A stretch of DNA of 63,663 nucleotides, filler included, from Octopus bimaculoides (Eukaryota): the NCBI RefSeq assembly GCF_001194135.2. It is 8 parts of 7 records of this genome, joined end to end, with 100 filler letters (N's around TTAATTAATTAA, not from the genome) between each part and the next. Parts side by side here need not be neighbours in the genome. Positions count along the whole stretch, not along the records: positions 24,722 to 38,209 come from NC_069009.1; 7 more parts are not named here. One strand, given 5' to 3'. The translations under genes were made by a program, and so were the position numbers. Positions 25,673-37,295 of the stretch are shown here, piece after piece (position 1 is the stretch's first letter; each line of letters opens with the position of its first letter). The notes beneath the pieces were generated by a model. The model was not told the DNA's origin, made no database searches, and saw nothing but the letters and a program-made list of their open reading frames with translations.

Positions 25673-26569
25673 TTGGGTCATCTCATAATTAATGTGGTTT
25701 TTTCAATTACATGAACTAAAAGTTGGAGGGGAACTGGATAAACTACCAGCATCAACTTGTTATAAAGGCAGGTAGTAATTTTACCCTGTCCTTATTCTTA
25801 GTGCAATTTCAAAGAGTGCAGTTCGATTTTAACAGTTATTTTTTCAAAGCTATAATGGAGGTGACAAAGGAACATATTCGGCATATTTTGCTTTATGAGT
25901 TCAATGCAACGGAAAGTGCGACGAATATTAATGCAGTATATGGGGATTGAACAATAAGCATAAGCCAGTGTCAAAGGTGGTTCCAGAAATCCTGAGCTGG
26001 AAACTATAGTCTAGAAGACAAGCCTCATCCTGGAAGATCTGTAGAGCTCGATGAGAACACCCTGCAAAAACCCCGGTGGAACAAAATCCCACTATAACTG
26101 TTGAGGAATTAGCAGAGAAGCTTGGATTTGGTTGTTCAACCATTCATCAACACCAGGGCTAGAAGAAAAGCGACCATCTTTGGTTTCAAGACGAAAGGTT
26201 TTCTTCCATCAGGATAATACTTGGCCACATACAGAGATGTTGACATTACAAAGGTTGGAGTGGTTTGAATGGGAAACGATGCTCCACCCACCATATTCAC
26301 CAGACATTGCCCCATCTCATTATCATTTATTCCGCAGACTTCAAAATCATTTGGATGGAAAAAATATGAATTCTGTAGAGGAGGTCAGAACAGTACTGGA
26401 GGAGTATTTTTTTGTTAGACAAATGCATTTTGGAAATGGGGCCTTGCAAGTCTACCAGATAGAAGGAAGAGCATTGTAGAAAATGAAGGAGACTATATTT
26501 TAGATTAAAAAAGAATTTAAAAAAATAAAAGAATTATGAAAAAACCACATTATTTATGGGATGATCCAA
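25673..26569 (+). mobile_element. Internally deleted mariner (D,D34D type) element with both TIRs
   Basis: 31-bp TIRs (TTGGGTCATCTCATAATTAATGTGGTTTTTT / TTGGATCATCCCATAAATAATGTGGTTTTTT) with TA flanks. Protein remnants MEVTKEHIRHILLYEFN...CQRWFQK...ELAEKLG and FFHQDNTWPH...HPPYSPDIAPSHYHLFRRLQNHLDGK. Confidence 0.93.
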
Positions 26570-26773
26570 TACATAAAACAGAACATACAAATCTCCACAT
26601 ATACATACATACATACATACATCCATACACACACACACACACACACACACATACATACATACATACACACACACATACATACATACACACATACACACAT
26701 ACATACTCCAATGAAGGAGCCTTAGTTCTAAGTTAAAAACCAGCTCTTTCTGTATTGGCAAGANNNNNNNNNN

Positions 26774-26818
<45 letters not shown>

Positions 26819-27135
26819 CTGAAATATCAAGGCCTTCAATAATGATGCCAGGTATTTTGCTAAATTTTGTGATAATTACAACATTTTGGTTGTTAAGTAT
26901 GAATATTCAATTTTCCTAATTTGAGTTATTGCTGAAAAATGTACAGGTTGATGAAAGTTGCTAACGAGATGATGAGGATGTAAATAAAAATGCCAAAAAT
27001 AACAGGGAAGTAAGTAAGTTATCTTTATCCCTCCCCAAATCTTCTGTAGGTTTGATTGAAATTAAAATGTACAAGATGTTATTGTCAGTGACTCACTCAT
27101 TATTCTACATTATGTAATTTTCTACAATAAATAAG

Positions 27136-27870
27136 TGCAGGAGTGGCTGTGTGGTAAGACACTTGCTTCCCAATCACATGGTTCTGGGTTCAGTCCCGCT
27201 ACATGGCACCTTGGGCAAGTGTCTTCTACTACAGCCTTGTGAATGGATTAGGTAGATGGAAACTGGAAGAAGCCTGTCATATATATTCTCTTACTTGTTT
27301 CAGTCATCTGATTGTGGTCATGCTGGAACACCACCTTTTAGTTGAATGAATTGACCCCACGATTTATGTTTTTAAGCCTGGTACTTATTCTATTACTTTT
27401 TTTGCTGAACTGCTAAGTCATAGGGATATAAATGCATCAACACTGGTTGTCAAGCAGTGGTGGGGGACAAGCTCACACACACACACACACATATGTACAT
27501 ACATATATACAATGGGATTCTTTCAGTTTCCGTCTACCAAATCCACTCAGAAGGCTTTCGTCAGCCTGAGGCTATAATAGAAAGACACTTGCCCAAGGTG
27601 CCACACATTGAGACTGAACCTAAAACCATGTGGTTGGGAAGAAAGCTTCTTACCACACAGCCATGCCTCTGCCTATATACATATGTGTATGTGTGTCTTT
27701 GTGTTTGTCCCCCATCACTGCTTGACAACTGGTGTTGGTTTATTTACATCCCTATAACTTAGCAATTCGGCAACACAGACCTATAGAATAAGTACTTAGC
27801 TTTAAAAGACCTGAAGGCGGTGCTCTAGTATGGCCACAGTCAAATAACTGAAGCAAAAGAGTAAAAGAAT
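27136..27870 (+). mobile_element. SINE family A (+) split by a nested antisense SINE A copy at 27287-27672
   Basis: Head module (+) 27136-27285, full copy (-) 27287-27672, second module (+) 27690-27870. Confidence 0.8.
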
Positions 27871-28449
27871 AAATCACTGACTCATTCACTCACGCTCTTG
27901 CTGGACGGGGCTGGAGTGACTCCAGGTGAAAGGTCCCAAAGGCATCTTCATGTGGAGAGCTGACCGGGTCTACAGTGCCCCCATCCCACTTCCCACAAAT
28001 TGCTGTTGTTTCCATGGCAGCCCCTTTGCATCCTCCATGACATTGGAGGTCTCTGGAGATCTTCCTCAATCAANNNNNNNNNNNNNNNNNNNNNNNNNNN
28101 NNNNNNNNNNNNNNNNNNNNNNNNNNNNNNNNNNNNNNNNNNNNNNNNNNNNNNNNNNNNNNNNNNNNNNNNNNNNNNNNNNNNNNNNNNNNNNNNNNNN
28201 NNNNNNNNNNNNNNNNNNNNNNNNNNNNNNNNNNNNNNNNNNNNNNNNNNNNNNNNNNNNNNNNNNNNNNNNNNNNNNNNNNNNNNNNNNNNNNNNNNNN
28301 NNNNNNNNNNNNNNNNNNNNNNNNNNNNNNNNNNNNNNNNNNNNNNNNNNNNNNNNNNNNNNNNNNNNNNNNNNNNNNNNNNNNNNNNNNNNNNNNNNNN
28401 NNNNNNNNNNNNNNNNNNNNNNNNNNNNNNNNNNNNNNNNNNNNNNNNT

Positions 28450-28742
28450 TATGAACTACTAAGTTATGGGGATGTAAACACACCAACACCCGTTGTCAAG
28501 TGGCACATGGAGGGGACAAACACAGATACACAAACACACACACACACACACACAGGTACAGACATTTATATATATATATATATATATATACGACAGGCTT
28601 CTTTCAGTTTCCGTCTACCTAATCCACTCACAAGACTTTGGTTGGCCCGAGGATATACCAGAAGGCACTTGTCCAAGGTGCCATGCAGTGGGACTGAACC
28701 CAGAACCATGTGGTTGGCAAGTTAGCTACTTACCACACACAT
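28450..28742 (-). mobile_element. SINE family A
   Basis: CTTTCAGTTTCCGTCTACC...CAAGGTGCCATGCAGTGGGACTGAACCC...CTTACCACAC. Confidence 0.85.
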
Positions 28743-29027
28743 TTGCACCAAGATGTATTCAAAACTACCAAAATATATGCATTTACACACGAGTACAGGA
28801 TCTCATAAACAAGTTACAAACATTTTCTAAAGTTTTTTAAGAGACTTGAAGTTTCGTTTATGCAAGGACAACAAATATACATAACAAGCATTATTATTGG
28901 CATTCACTGCAAATGGTCCTGAAGAACAATATTTCTTGTATATACATGAAGAGGCACCGACACACTTTGGCCTTAAGTATTTTCAGTCTCTATTATTACA
29001 AACAATTTCTGGTTTTAGCATGAGTTA

Positions 29028-29060
<33 letters not shown>

Positions 29061-30112
29061 NNNNNNNNNNNNNNNNNNNNNNNNNNNNNNNNNNNNNNNN
29101 NNNNNNNNNNNNNNNNNNNNNNNNNNNNNNNNNNNNNNNNNNNNNNNNNNNNNNNNNNNNNNNNNNNNNNNNNNNNNNNNNNNNNNNNNNNNNNNNNNNN
29201 NNNNNNNNNNNNNNNNNNNNNNNNNNNNNNNNNNNNNNNNNNNNNNNNNNNNNNNNNNNNNNNNNNNNNNNNNNNNNNNNNNNNNNNNNNNNNNNCCCCC
29301 CAATAAACGATCATATATGAGAAATACATCAAGAAAATACATAAGAAAATATATATAAAATATATAAATTCAACATAAAACACACAATATAAAAATTTAT
29401 ATATATATATTTTTTTTTTTTCTACTAATAACATACAAATAAATCAAATTTGAGTTAGAAATATAACACAATATATATATCATTTTATAATTACTATTCA
29501 AAAAAAATTAAGCGATTAAAAATTCAAAATAGACAAATAAAGCAAAATAGAAGAAGATAAAATGAAGTAAAATAAAATACTATAATAGTCCATCGGCTAA
29601 AATACTATATCTGATGACAAAACTTTAAAACGACAAAAAACTTTAAAATAATTTAACATTATTGAAAGTTATATTAGAAAGTCCAGTACTTACCTCAAGG
29701 TACACGTAATAATAGCAGACTTCCATAGGTAAAATCTGTCTCTGCTCACCAAACTTACAAAAGTTCATGAAAACCACTGGTCAAAAACATAGGTCAAAAC
29801 ACACACAAGCACCTATGGCCATTTCAAGGGTTCACCACCGTAGTCCATGCACATCATAGTGCAATCAGGTGATGACCCCCACCTCAGGGTAACAATTACA
29901 AACAAACATCAGGACATGCAATTTGTTTTTTTATATGACAGGCTTTTATAGTTAAGAGGGAAAAACCAGTCCATGTCATGAATTAAAAAAAAAAAAACAT
30001 TCAAATTGGCTGTAGTAACTAATGTAATCCTCCAGGTTTCAAATCACCCTAACGCAGACAAATAATCTTATTTATATCTATATTTTCTATTTTTTATTTT
30101 TATTTCTCTATA

Positions 30113-31690
30113 CCTTCAAGAAAGTGGAGGAAAACCTATAATTGCAGAAGGGGATTACTTCAGTGAATTTATTTAAAATTTTCGGCCCAAACAACCTAAG
30201 AATAGTGAGGGATTCCCTAATACACAATAGACATTTGCTAATCTTTGCTCTAAAATAAGGAGCTCTCGATACAATCGACCGTTCAAGAGAGTATTTCTTA
30301 TTTTTCTTCTAAAGATCGTGTACATAGGATGCGAGAGTTATGGAGTTGCAATACTTTTCATTTGAAAATGAACTCAAATGTACTCTATATCTTGCTTTGA
30401 AATCTATCGTACTTCCTATATAGAACTTATTTAAATTGTCCTCATCCCTAACAATGCATTTATATATTATAGAACCCATCAAGAGGACATAATTGAGGGT
30501 TCCTACAATTGCAAAATTTATCTGGGCCACCCCTAATCTTATTTCGACTACCAGCAACAGTCCTTGTTAGGTTTCCCACATCCGCATTTTTCCTTCTCCC
30601 ATTACCAGGGTTCGACCCAGCAGGAGGGAGCGAAGAGCTGGTCTCACTAGTCTTATGTGTATTATACCCAATTTTCCCAGAGCCGGGGCTTCCATTGCAG
30701 GGCCGTTCGCATTGCTTTATTTTATTCAACTTGCTTCTATTTAGAGATGCAATGATAGATGCCAAATTTGGTGTTCCAGAATAGGAAATTTTGATCGAAG
30801 ATTTATTGCAAATACTATAGTATTTGTAAACCTTNNNNNNNNNNNNNNNNNNNNNNNNNNNNNNNNNNNNNNNNNNNNNNNNNNNNNNNNNNNNNNNNNN
30901 NNNNNNNNNNNNNNNNNNNNNNNNNNNNNNNNNNNNNNNNNNNNNNNNNNNNNNNNNNNNNNNNNNNNNNNNNNNNNNNNNNNNNNNNNNNNNNNNNNNN
31001 NNNNNNNNNNNNNNNNNNNNNNNNNNNNNNNNNNNNNNNNNNNNNNNNNNNNNNNNNNNNNNNNNNNNNNNNNNNNNNNNNNNNNNNNNNNNNNNNNNNN
31101 NNNNNNNNNNNNNNNNNNNNNNNNNNNNNNNNNNNNNNNNNNNNNNNNNNNNNNNNNNNNNNNNNNNNNNNNNNNNNNNNNNNNNNNNNNNNNNNNNNNN
31201 NNNNNNNNNNNNNNNNNNNNNNNNNNNNNCCATGGCATAGTCAGGTGGTAGACCTGCCAACTTGTTTTTAAATCTCGTATTAGGCAGATACGAGATTTTG
31301 GTTTTAAATCCGTTTACTTCAAGGGTGTTGTTATATATCGGCACATGCTGATTGAAAATCTCTTCATTTGTGGACAAATTGAAGATTCTGATTGAAATAG
31401 CAGTAATGATACTGTCTATAGTGGACTTTGGATGATTAGATGATACGTTTATATATGATATTGATTTGTTAGGTTTACGAAATGGATAGTATAAACCCGT
31501 ACCCAAACATAGTGTAACATCTAGGAAATTCATTTTTCTGGAGTTAACATCAAAAATAATGTTGAGGTTGAAGAAATTCTTAAGGAAACCTCTCAGGGAC
31601 TTCCTCAATCTATTTAATAGCGCATCGTCCCTATATAGTCCTCCGGTGAAGAGAGGAAAGCTAGCCTTAATCTGCAAAAGGAGGTACAGC
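30113..31690 (-). pseudogene. 5'-truncated Penelope-like element ORF: RT C-terminal half, thumb, Cys linker, GIY-YIG endonuclease
   Basis: GLYRDDAL (motif C), MNFLDVTL, YINVSSNHP, KISYSGTPNL, CNCRNPQLCPLDG; then in shifted frames SIIYKC...FYIGST..FKARY..H..SF and KCLLCIRE...ILNK. Frameshifts and a ~400-N gap. Confidence 0.92.
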
Positions 31691-31711
31691 CCCGCCAGGT
31701 CTATATGTATA

Positions 31712-31888
31712 TATATATATAGTTCTATATTTAAGAGATGAGGAATTATGTACATTATTTACATTTGATGGCTATTTGTCCTCATCTTGTTTGTTGTTAA
31801 CACGTTTTGGCTGATGTACCCTCCAGCCTTCATCAGGTGTCTTGGAGAAATTTCGAACTTGGGTTCTCATTCCTAAGGTATTTTTCGA

Positions 31889-31890
<2 letters not shown>
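31712..31890 (-). mobile_element. Short pLTR-like element with hammerhead-like core (left arm of an inverted pair)
   Basis: Minus strand GACAC-CTGATGA-A-GGCTG...CAGCC-AAAAC-GTGTTAAC; reverse-complement homologue of 32028-32170. Confidence 0.75.
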
Positions 31891-31931
<41 letters not shown>

Positions 31932-32027
31932 NNNNNNNNNNNNNNNNNNNNNNNNNNNNNNNNNNNNNNNNNNNNNNNNNNNNNTAATAATAATAATAAT
32001 AATAATGATAATAATAATAATAATAAT

Positions 32028-32170
32028 AGCATTGAGAAATACCTTAGGAATGAGAACCCAGATTTGAAATTTCCCCAAGACACCTGATGAAGGCTGGAGG
32101 GTACATCAGCCGAAATGTGTTAACAACAAACAAAATGAGGACAAATATCTGTTAAATGTAAATAATGTAA
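32028..32170 (+). mobile_element. Short pLTR-like element with hammerhead-like core (right arm of the inverted pair)
   Basis: ACAC 32080-32083, CTGATGA 32084-32090, GGCTG/CAGCC 32092-32111, GAAA 32112-32115, GTGT 32117-32120. Confidence 0.75.
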
Positions 32171-33084
32171 ATAATGTGTTTCTGTTTTTTTTGTTCTACT
32201 TAATGCAAGAAATACAAGCAGGCAGTGTAATAATGTCTAAAATAGTCTAAAATTGAATAGAAGACACTTCTCACTAAGCTGAATATAAAAAGTGAAGTTA
32301 GGATATAATGGAATATATATGAAATAGAATAATTAATAGTGGAAGAAAAAGTTATATAAAAAAATACAGTATTGAATATATATTGATGACACATAGCATA
32401 TATATATATATTGATTAGATATATATATATATATATATGTTGATTAGTTTTACTAATGAAAAAAAAAAGAAGATTAATACGGTCATCAGGATTAAAAACA
32501 TTAGTTAAGCATTATGAGACAAAGAAGATGGCTGAATGAACTTTCAAATACAAAAGAATAAATAGAACAATCCCAGCTTGTGTCAAATAATTTAGAGCTC
32601 GTGTTGAATAATTTAGAAAGTAAAACATATAAAGTGGGACAATTCCAACAGCTTCAAATGGTTGTTATGCACAAAGAAAAGGTATATATACAAATATACA
32701 TTGATATGTATATATATAAATTTACTTGTTTCAAAATACATCTGTTTCAACAAATGTTTTCCCTGCCAAAAATCATGCAAAACATGTTCAGATAGAATAT
32801 AATTATATATAATTAATAAATTTTGATAATTGATTAAGTCTGCAAACACACTCACCGGTTGTTGCTGGTCTATATTTCCCTTCTCTCTTTTATTTTCAAC
32901 CATTCTGAAAAAAAAAGAGAAGAAAAGAGAAATGAAATATAAACAAGCAACAACCGGTGTGTGTGTATTTATAGGGTTTATCAACTGTGATTTTCCCCAC
33001 ATGTTACAATCTTGGTTTTACAACATGGTTACAGATCAATATTCTTAAAAATCATATCCAGCATTAAGTATCTTTCTGTTGTTT

Positions 33085-33450
33085 TTTTACTTATTTCAGT
33101 CATTGAACAGTGGCCATGTTGGGGCACCACCTTGAATTCTTTCATTGAATAAATCGACCCTAGTAGGGTACTAACTCTATTAGTTGCTTTTGTCAAACCA
33201 CCAAGTTACGGAGAAGTAAACAAACCAACACTGGTTGTCAAGTGTGGTGGACAAATGCATACATACATATATATCTTTTATCTTTTACTTGTCTCAGTCA
33301 TTAGGCTGTGGCCATGCTGGGAGACCACTGTGAGGAATTTTAGCTGAAAGAACGGACTCCAGCATTTATTTTTTTAAGCCTGGTACTTATTCTATCAGTC
33401 TCTTTTGCTGAACTGCTAAGTTACAGGAATGTAAACACACCAAGACGCAA
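33085..33450 (-). mobile_element. Two tandem SINE A second modules
   Basis: Both begin TTTTACTT..TTTCAGTCATT...GTGGCCATG and contain ACTAAGTTAC-like words; located at 33085-33250 and 33275-33450. Confidence 0.75.
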
Positions 33451-33644
33451 AGACACAAAGACACACACACACAAACATATGTTCATCTCGTTCAACTGTT
33501 AATCCCTACATTTTTTCTCACACTGTGTTTTTACATTCTCTCTTCATTTTGTATTGTCTATCTGGATATTTTGTTGTCCCTTTTTTTGTATCACCCAACT
33601 GTCTGGATGCTTTGCATTCTTGTCCCATTTCTGTATTTTCATAT

Positions 33645-33685
<41 letters not shown>

Positions 33686-33900
33686 NNNNNNNNNNNNNNN
33701 NNNNNNNNNNNNNNNNNNNNNNNNNNNNNNNNNNNNNNNNNNNNNNNNNNNNNNNNNNNNNNNNNNNNNNNNNNNNNNNNNNNNNNNNNNNNNNNNNNNN
33801 NNNNNNNNNNNNNNNNNNNNNNNNNNNNNNNNNNNNNNNNNNNNNNNNNNNNNNNNNNNNNNNNNNNNNNNNNNNNNNNNNNNNNNNNNNNNNNNNNNNN

Positions 33901-34018
33901 TTTAGAAGCCTAGTACTTATTCTATCGGTCTCTTTTGCCAAACTGCTAAGTTACAGGGACATAAACACACCAGCATCGGTTGTCAAGCGATGTTGGGGGG
34001 ACAAACACAGACACACAA

Positions 34019-34050
<32 letters not shown>

Positions 34051-34225
34051 ATATATACGACGGGCTTCTTTCAGTTTCTGTCTACCAAATCCACTCACAA
34101 GGCTTTGGTCAGCCCAAGGCTATAGTAGAAGACACTTGCCCAAGATGCCACGCAGTGGGACTGAACCCGGGACCATGTGGTTGGTAAGCAAGCTACTTAC
34201 CACACTGCCACTCCTACACCTATAG
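33901..34225 (-). mobile_element. SINE family A
   Basis: Both modules, with the head ending in CTTACCACACTGCCACTCCT. Confidence 0.88.
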
Positions 34226-34249
34226 CCACTCCTACGCCTATAGCCACTC

Positions 34250-34411
34250 CTCATCGTTTAACATCCGTTTTCCATGCTGGCATGGGTTGGACAGTTTGAC
34301 TGGGGACTGGCAAGCCAGAAAGCCACACCAGGCTCCAATGTGATCTGGCAACGTTTCTACAGCTGGATGCCCTTCCTAATGCCAACCACTCTGAGAGTGT
34401 AGTGGGTGCTT

Positions 34412-34413
<2 letters not shown>
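34250..34413 (-). mobile_element. RTE-type LINE 3' tail or RTE-dependent non-autonomous element (further copies ~37700-37772, 51605-51830, 52362-52465; sense-strand copies ~53355-53450, 53900-54150)
   Basis: Reverse of ...GCATGGAAAACGGATGTTAAACGATG(ATG)n, with the shared GCTGGATGCCCTTCCTAA.GCCAACCAC block. Confidence 0.7.
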
Positions 34414-34446
<33 letters not shown>

Positions 34447-34654
34447 NNNNNNNNNNNNNNNNNNNNNNNNNNNNNNNNNNNNNNNNNNNNNNNNNNNNNN
34501 NNNNNNNNNNNNNNNNNNNNNNNNNNNNNNNNNNNNNNNNNNNNNNNNNNNNNNNNNNNNNNNNNNNNNNNNNNNNNNNNNNNNNNNNNNNNNNNNNNNN
34601 NNAAAAATAAAAGTATTTAAAAAAAAAATCAAAAATATCAACTGGTTATGGCTG

Positions 34655-35105
34655 GGAGGTAACAGTTTACTCTAAGTGGTTGCGCTCAGTTTTCACCAAA
34701 GACTCAAGATGACATCAGAACCCATTGTAAGCATTCCTCACTGTGACTCTGGGAAGATCTTCCCACACCACTTTGATCTTTGCCACTGGATCAGATTTTG
34801 TGTTGCAGGTAGAGTGGTTGGTGTCTTTCTCAACTGGGCCCTGCACATAATTACAATCAGAGTAATTAGGCAGTCAGATATCGGGGCTGGTGAAATTATA
34901 GAAATTCTTCAACAACCACTTCTGAATCCTTGTGGACATATGGCAAGGAACCAAATCCTGCTGCCACACATATGACCTTCCTGCAACAACCTTCTCTAGC
35001 CATGGTTTGACAAAAGTTTCCAGTGGCTTCACATGGCTGTCTGAACTGAGCCTAAACATTGTTCAAAGATGAGACTCATTGAAGATACACTGAAAGATTA
35101 TCACA
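34655..35105 (-). pseudogene. Tc1/mariner maT-type (DD37D-like) transposase C-terminal remnant
   Basis: FRLSSDSHVKPLETFVKPWLEKVVAGRSYVWQQDLVPCH...IQKWL...SPDI*LPNYSDCN..YV.G.VEKDTN...CNTK...KTE..HLE*. The NPLD third-Asp region carries a small deletion. Confidence 0.8.
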
Positions 35106-35302
35106 GTTTGGTGAAACCTGGTTCTTTTTTCTCATTAGTAAAACTAATTAACGTGTATAATATGTGTACAATATGTCATCTATATATATATTTAATACAC
35201 TATACTTAGTTACATATAACTTTTCTTTCACTATTCATTATTCTACTTCATATATTCCACTACATTCCAACATTACTTTTTATATTCAGCATAGTGAGTG
35301 GT

Positions 35303-35677
35303 GGAGGGGCAATGGCCCAGTGGTTAGGGCAGCAGACTCGTGGTATCGATTCCCAGACCGGGCGTTGTGAGTGTTTATTGAGCGAAAATACCTAAAGCTC
35401 CACGAGGCTCCGGCAGCGGGATGGTGGTGAACCCTGCTGTACTCTTTCACCACAACTAACTCTCACTCTTTCTTCCTGTTTCTGTTGTGCCTGTAATTCA
35501 AAGGGGCCAGCCTTGTCACACTGTGTCACGCTGAATATCCCCGATAACTACATTAAGGGTACACGTGTCTTTGGAGTGCTCAACCACTTGCACGTTAATT
35601 TCACGAGCAGGCTGTTCCGTTGATCGGATCAACTGGAACCCTCGTCTCGTTGTAAGCGATGGAGTGCCAACGACAAC
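35303..35677 (+). mobile_element. Full-length tRNA-derived SINE family C with 10-bp target-site duplication
   Basis: GGAGGGGCAATGGCCCAGTGGTTAGGGCAGCAGACTCG (tRNA-like head)...GGAGTGCCAACGACAAC. TSD AGTGAGTGGT at 35293-35302 and 35678-35687. Confidence 0.92.
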
Positions 35678-36012
35678 AGTGAGTGGTATCAGCTATTCTT
35701 TTTTAGACTAATTATGATACATGGGACATGTCTTACAGTTTTCATGGTGCTCACAGAGCATCGGGCATCAGTCATGGTGTCGGCATTTTGATATCCATGA
35801 TGAATTATTGTTACACAGGTAACTACTTTGCAATATTCAGATCATTTCCAGTCCTTCGTGTCAACTAATCTTTTCTCAATTACAACTTTAATCTTTATGC
35901 ACTCCAACGCCGTTGACTGTTCACCTGTACATCAAGCTGTTCTTGAACAAAGGAGACATGAAAATCATCAAATTTATCCCGAACACCTTGTACATATGTG
36001 TGTGTGTGTGTT

Positions 36013-36240
36013 ATTTCTTTACTACCCACAAGGGGCTACACACAGAGGGGACAAACAAGGACAGACAAACGGATTAAGTCGATTATACCGACCCCAGTGC
36101 GTAACTGGTACTTATTTAATCGACCCCGAAAGGATGAAAGGCAAAGTCGACCTCGGCGGAATTTGAACTCAGAACGTAGCGGCAGACGAAATACCGCTAA
36201 GCATTTCGCCCGGCGTGCTAACGTTTCTGCCAGTTCGCCG
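36013..36240 (-). mobile_element. SINE family B, young copy
   Basis: Reverse of CGGCGAACTGGCAGAAACGTTAGCACGCCGGGCGAAATGCTTAGCGG...GAGTTCAAATTCCGCCGAGGTCGAC. Confidence 0.9.
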
Positions 36241-37044
36241 CGTTACATATGTGTGTGTGTGTGTGAATGAGTGAGTGAGGGAGGGAAGGAAGGAGGGAGG
36301 TATGTAGGTAGGTAGGTAGATAGATAGATAGATCAACAGACAGATAGGTAAAGAGATAGAAAGATAGACAGTTAGCCAGACAGTAGATAGATATATAGAT
36401 AAACTTGTCTTACAGCCTTATCTTCAAAACTTCTGACACATTTTGTCTGAAAAATTCCATCACAAAATAAAAAAGAAAAAACAGAAACAACAAAAACACT
36501 ACCGTCCATTCGATGACAACTAATGAAAGTTTGATGTATGGATATTGGGACATGTTTTAAGGAATAATTTATGTAAGATAAGGCACCAATAGTATTTTGG
36601 AGTATTTGCCTGTGGCTTAGACCAATATGTGGCCGTCATTTTAAGATTCTTATCTGTGTTGATTCTTGGATATTTGAAGTAATCAACATATTTTTTTGTG
36701 TTGTTGTCAAATTCAAGCTGTGTTATGTTTGAGTGTGTGTACATAAAAATACTTACACACACACACGCATGCACGTGCACACACACACACGCAAGTAATA
36801 ATTTTATATTTTGGCATACAATTGGCAGTACGCCATTTAAAGCCTGTTCACTGTATTCGGCTACCTGATGTCATCAACAGTATGGACTCAAATGCCAATA
36901 GATTTACTCATGGAATACCTTCATGTCCGTTGAGTATATGTAGCAGGCTTGATGAAAGATGTGATATCACGTCGATATGATGTAGCACACTACTAAATGT
37001 GGCATGTAGATGTAATGCTTAAAGGTTCTCATGCTGGAGTAAGA

Positions 37045-37260
37045 ACAGGCTTCTTTCAGTTTCCATCAGCCAAACCCACTCACAAAGCTATGGTTGCCCA
37101 AGGGCTATAGTAGAAGACACTAGCCCAAGGTAGAACTGAACCAGGAACCTGTAGCTGGGGAGCAAACTTCTTACCACATAACCACTCTATATGATCTATT
37201 TTTTAATCTTTTTACTTGTTTCAGCCATAGGAGTGTGGTCACCTTAAATGTGTATATGTC

Positions 37261-37295
<35 letters not shown>

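Noticed and set aside
35303-35360. tRNA-like sequences at SINE heads (also 15899, 49168, 61815)
   Set aside because: A- and B-boxes are present, but there is no complete cloverleaf and each continues into a SINE body; they are not tRNA genes.
35770-35810. Minus-strand IMDIKMP resembling a bacterial response-regulator motif
   Set aside because: The frame is closed by stops on both sides within a few codons, and there is no other bacterial-type sequence.
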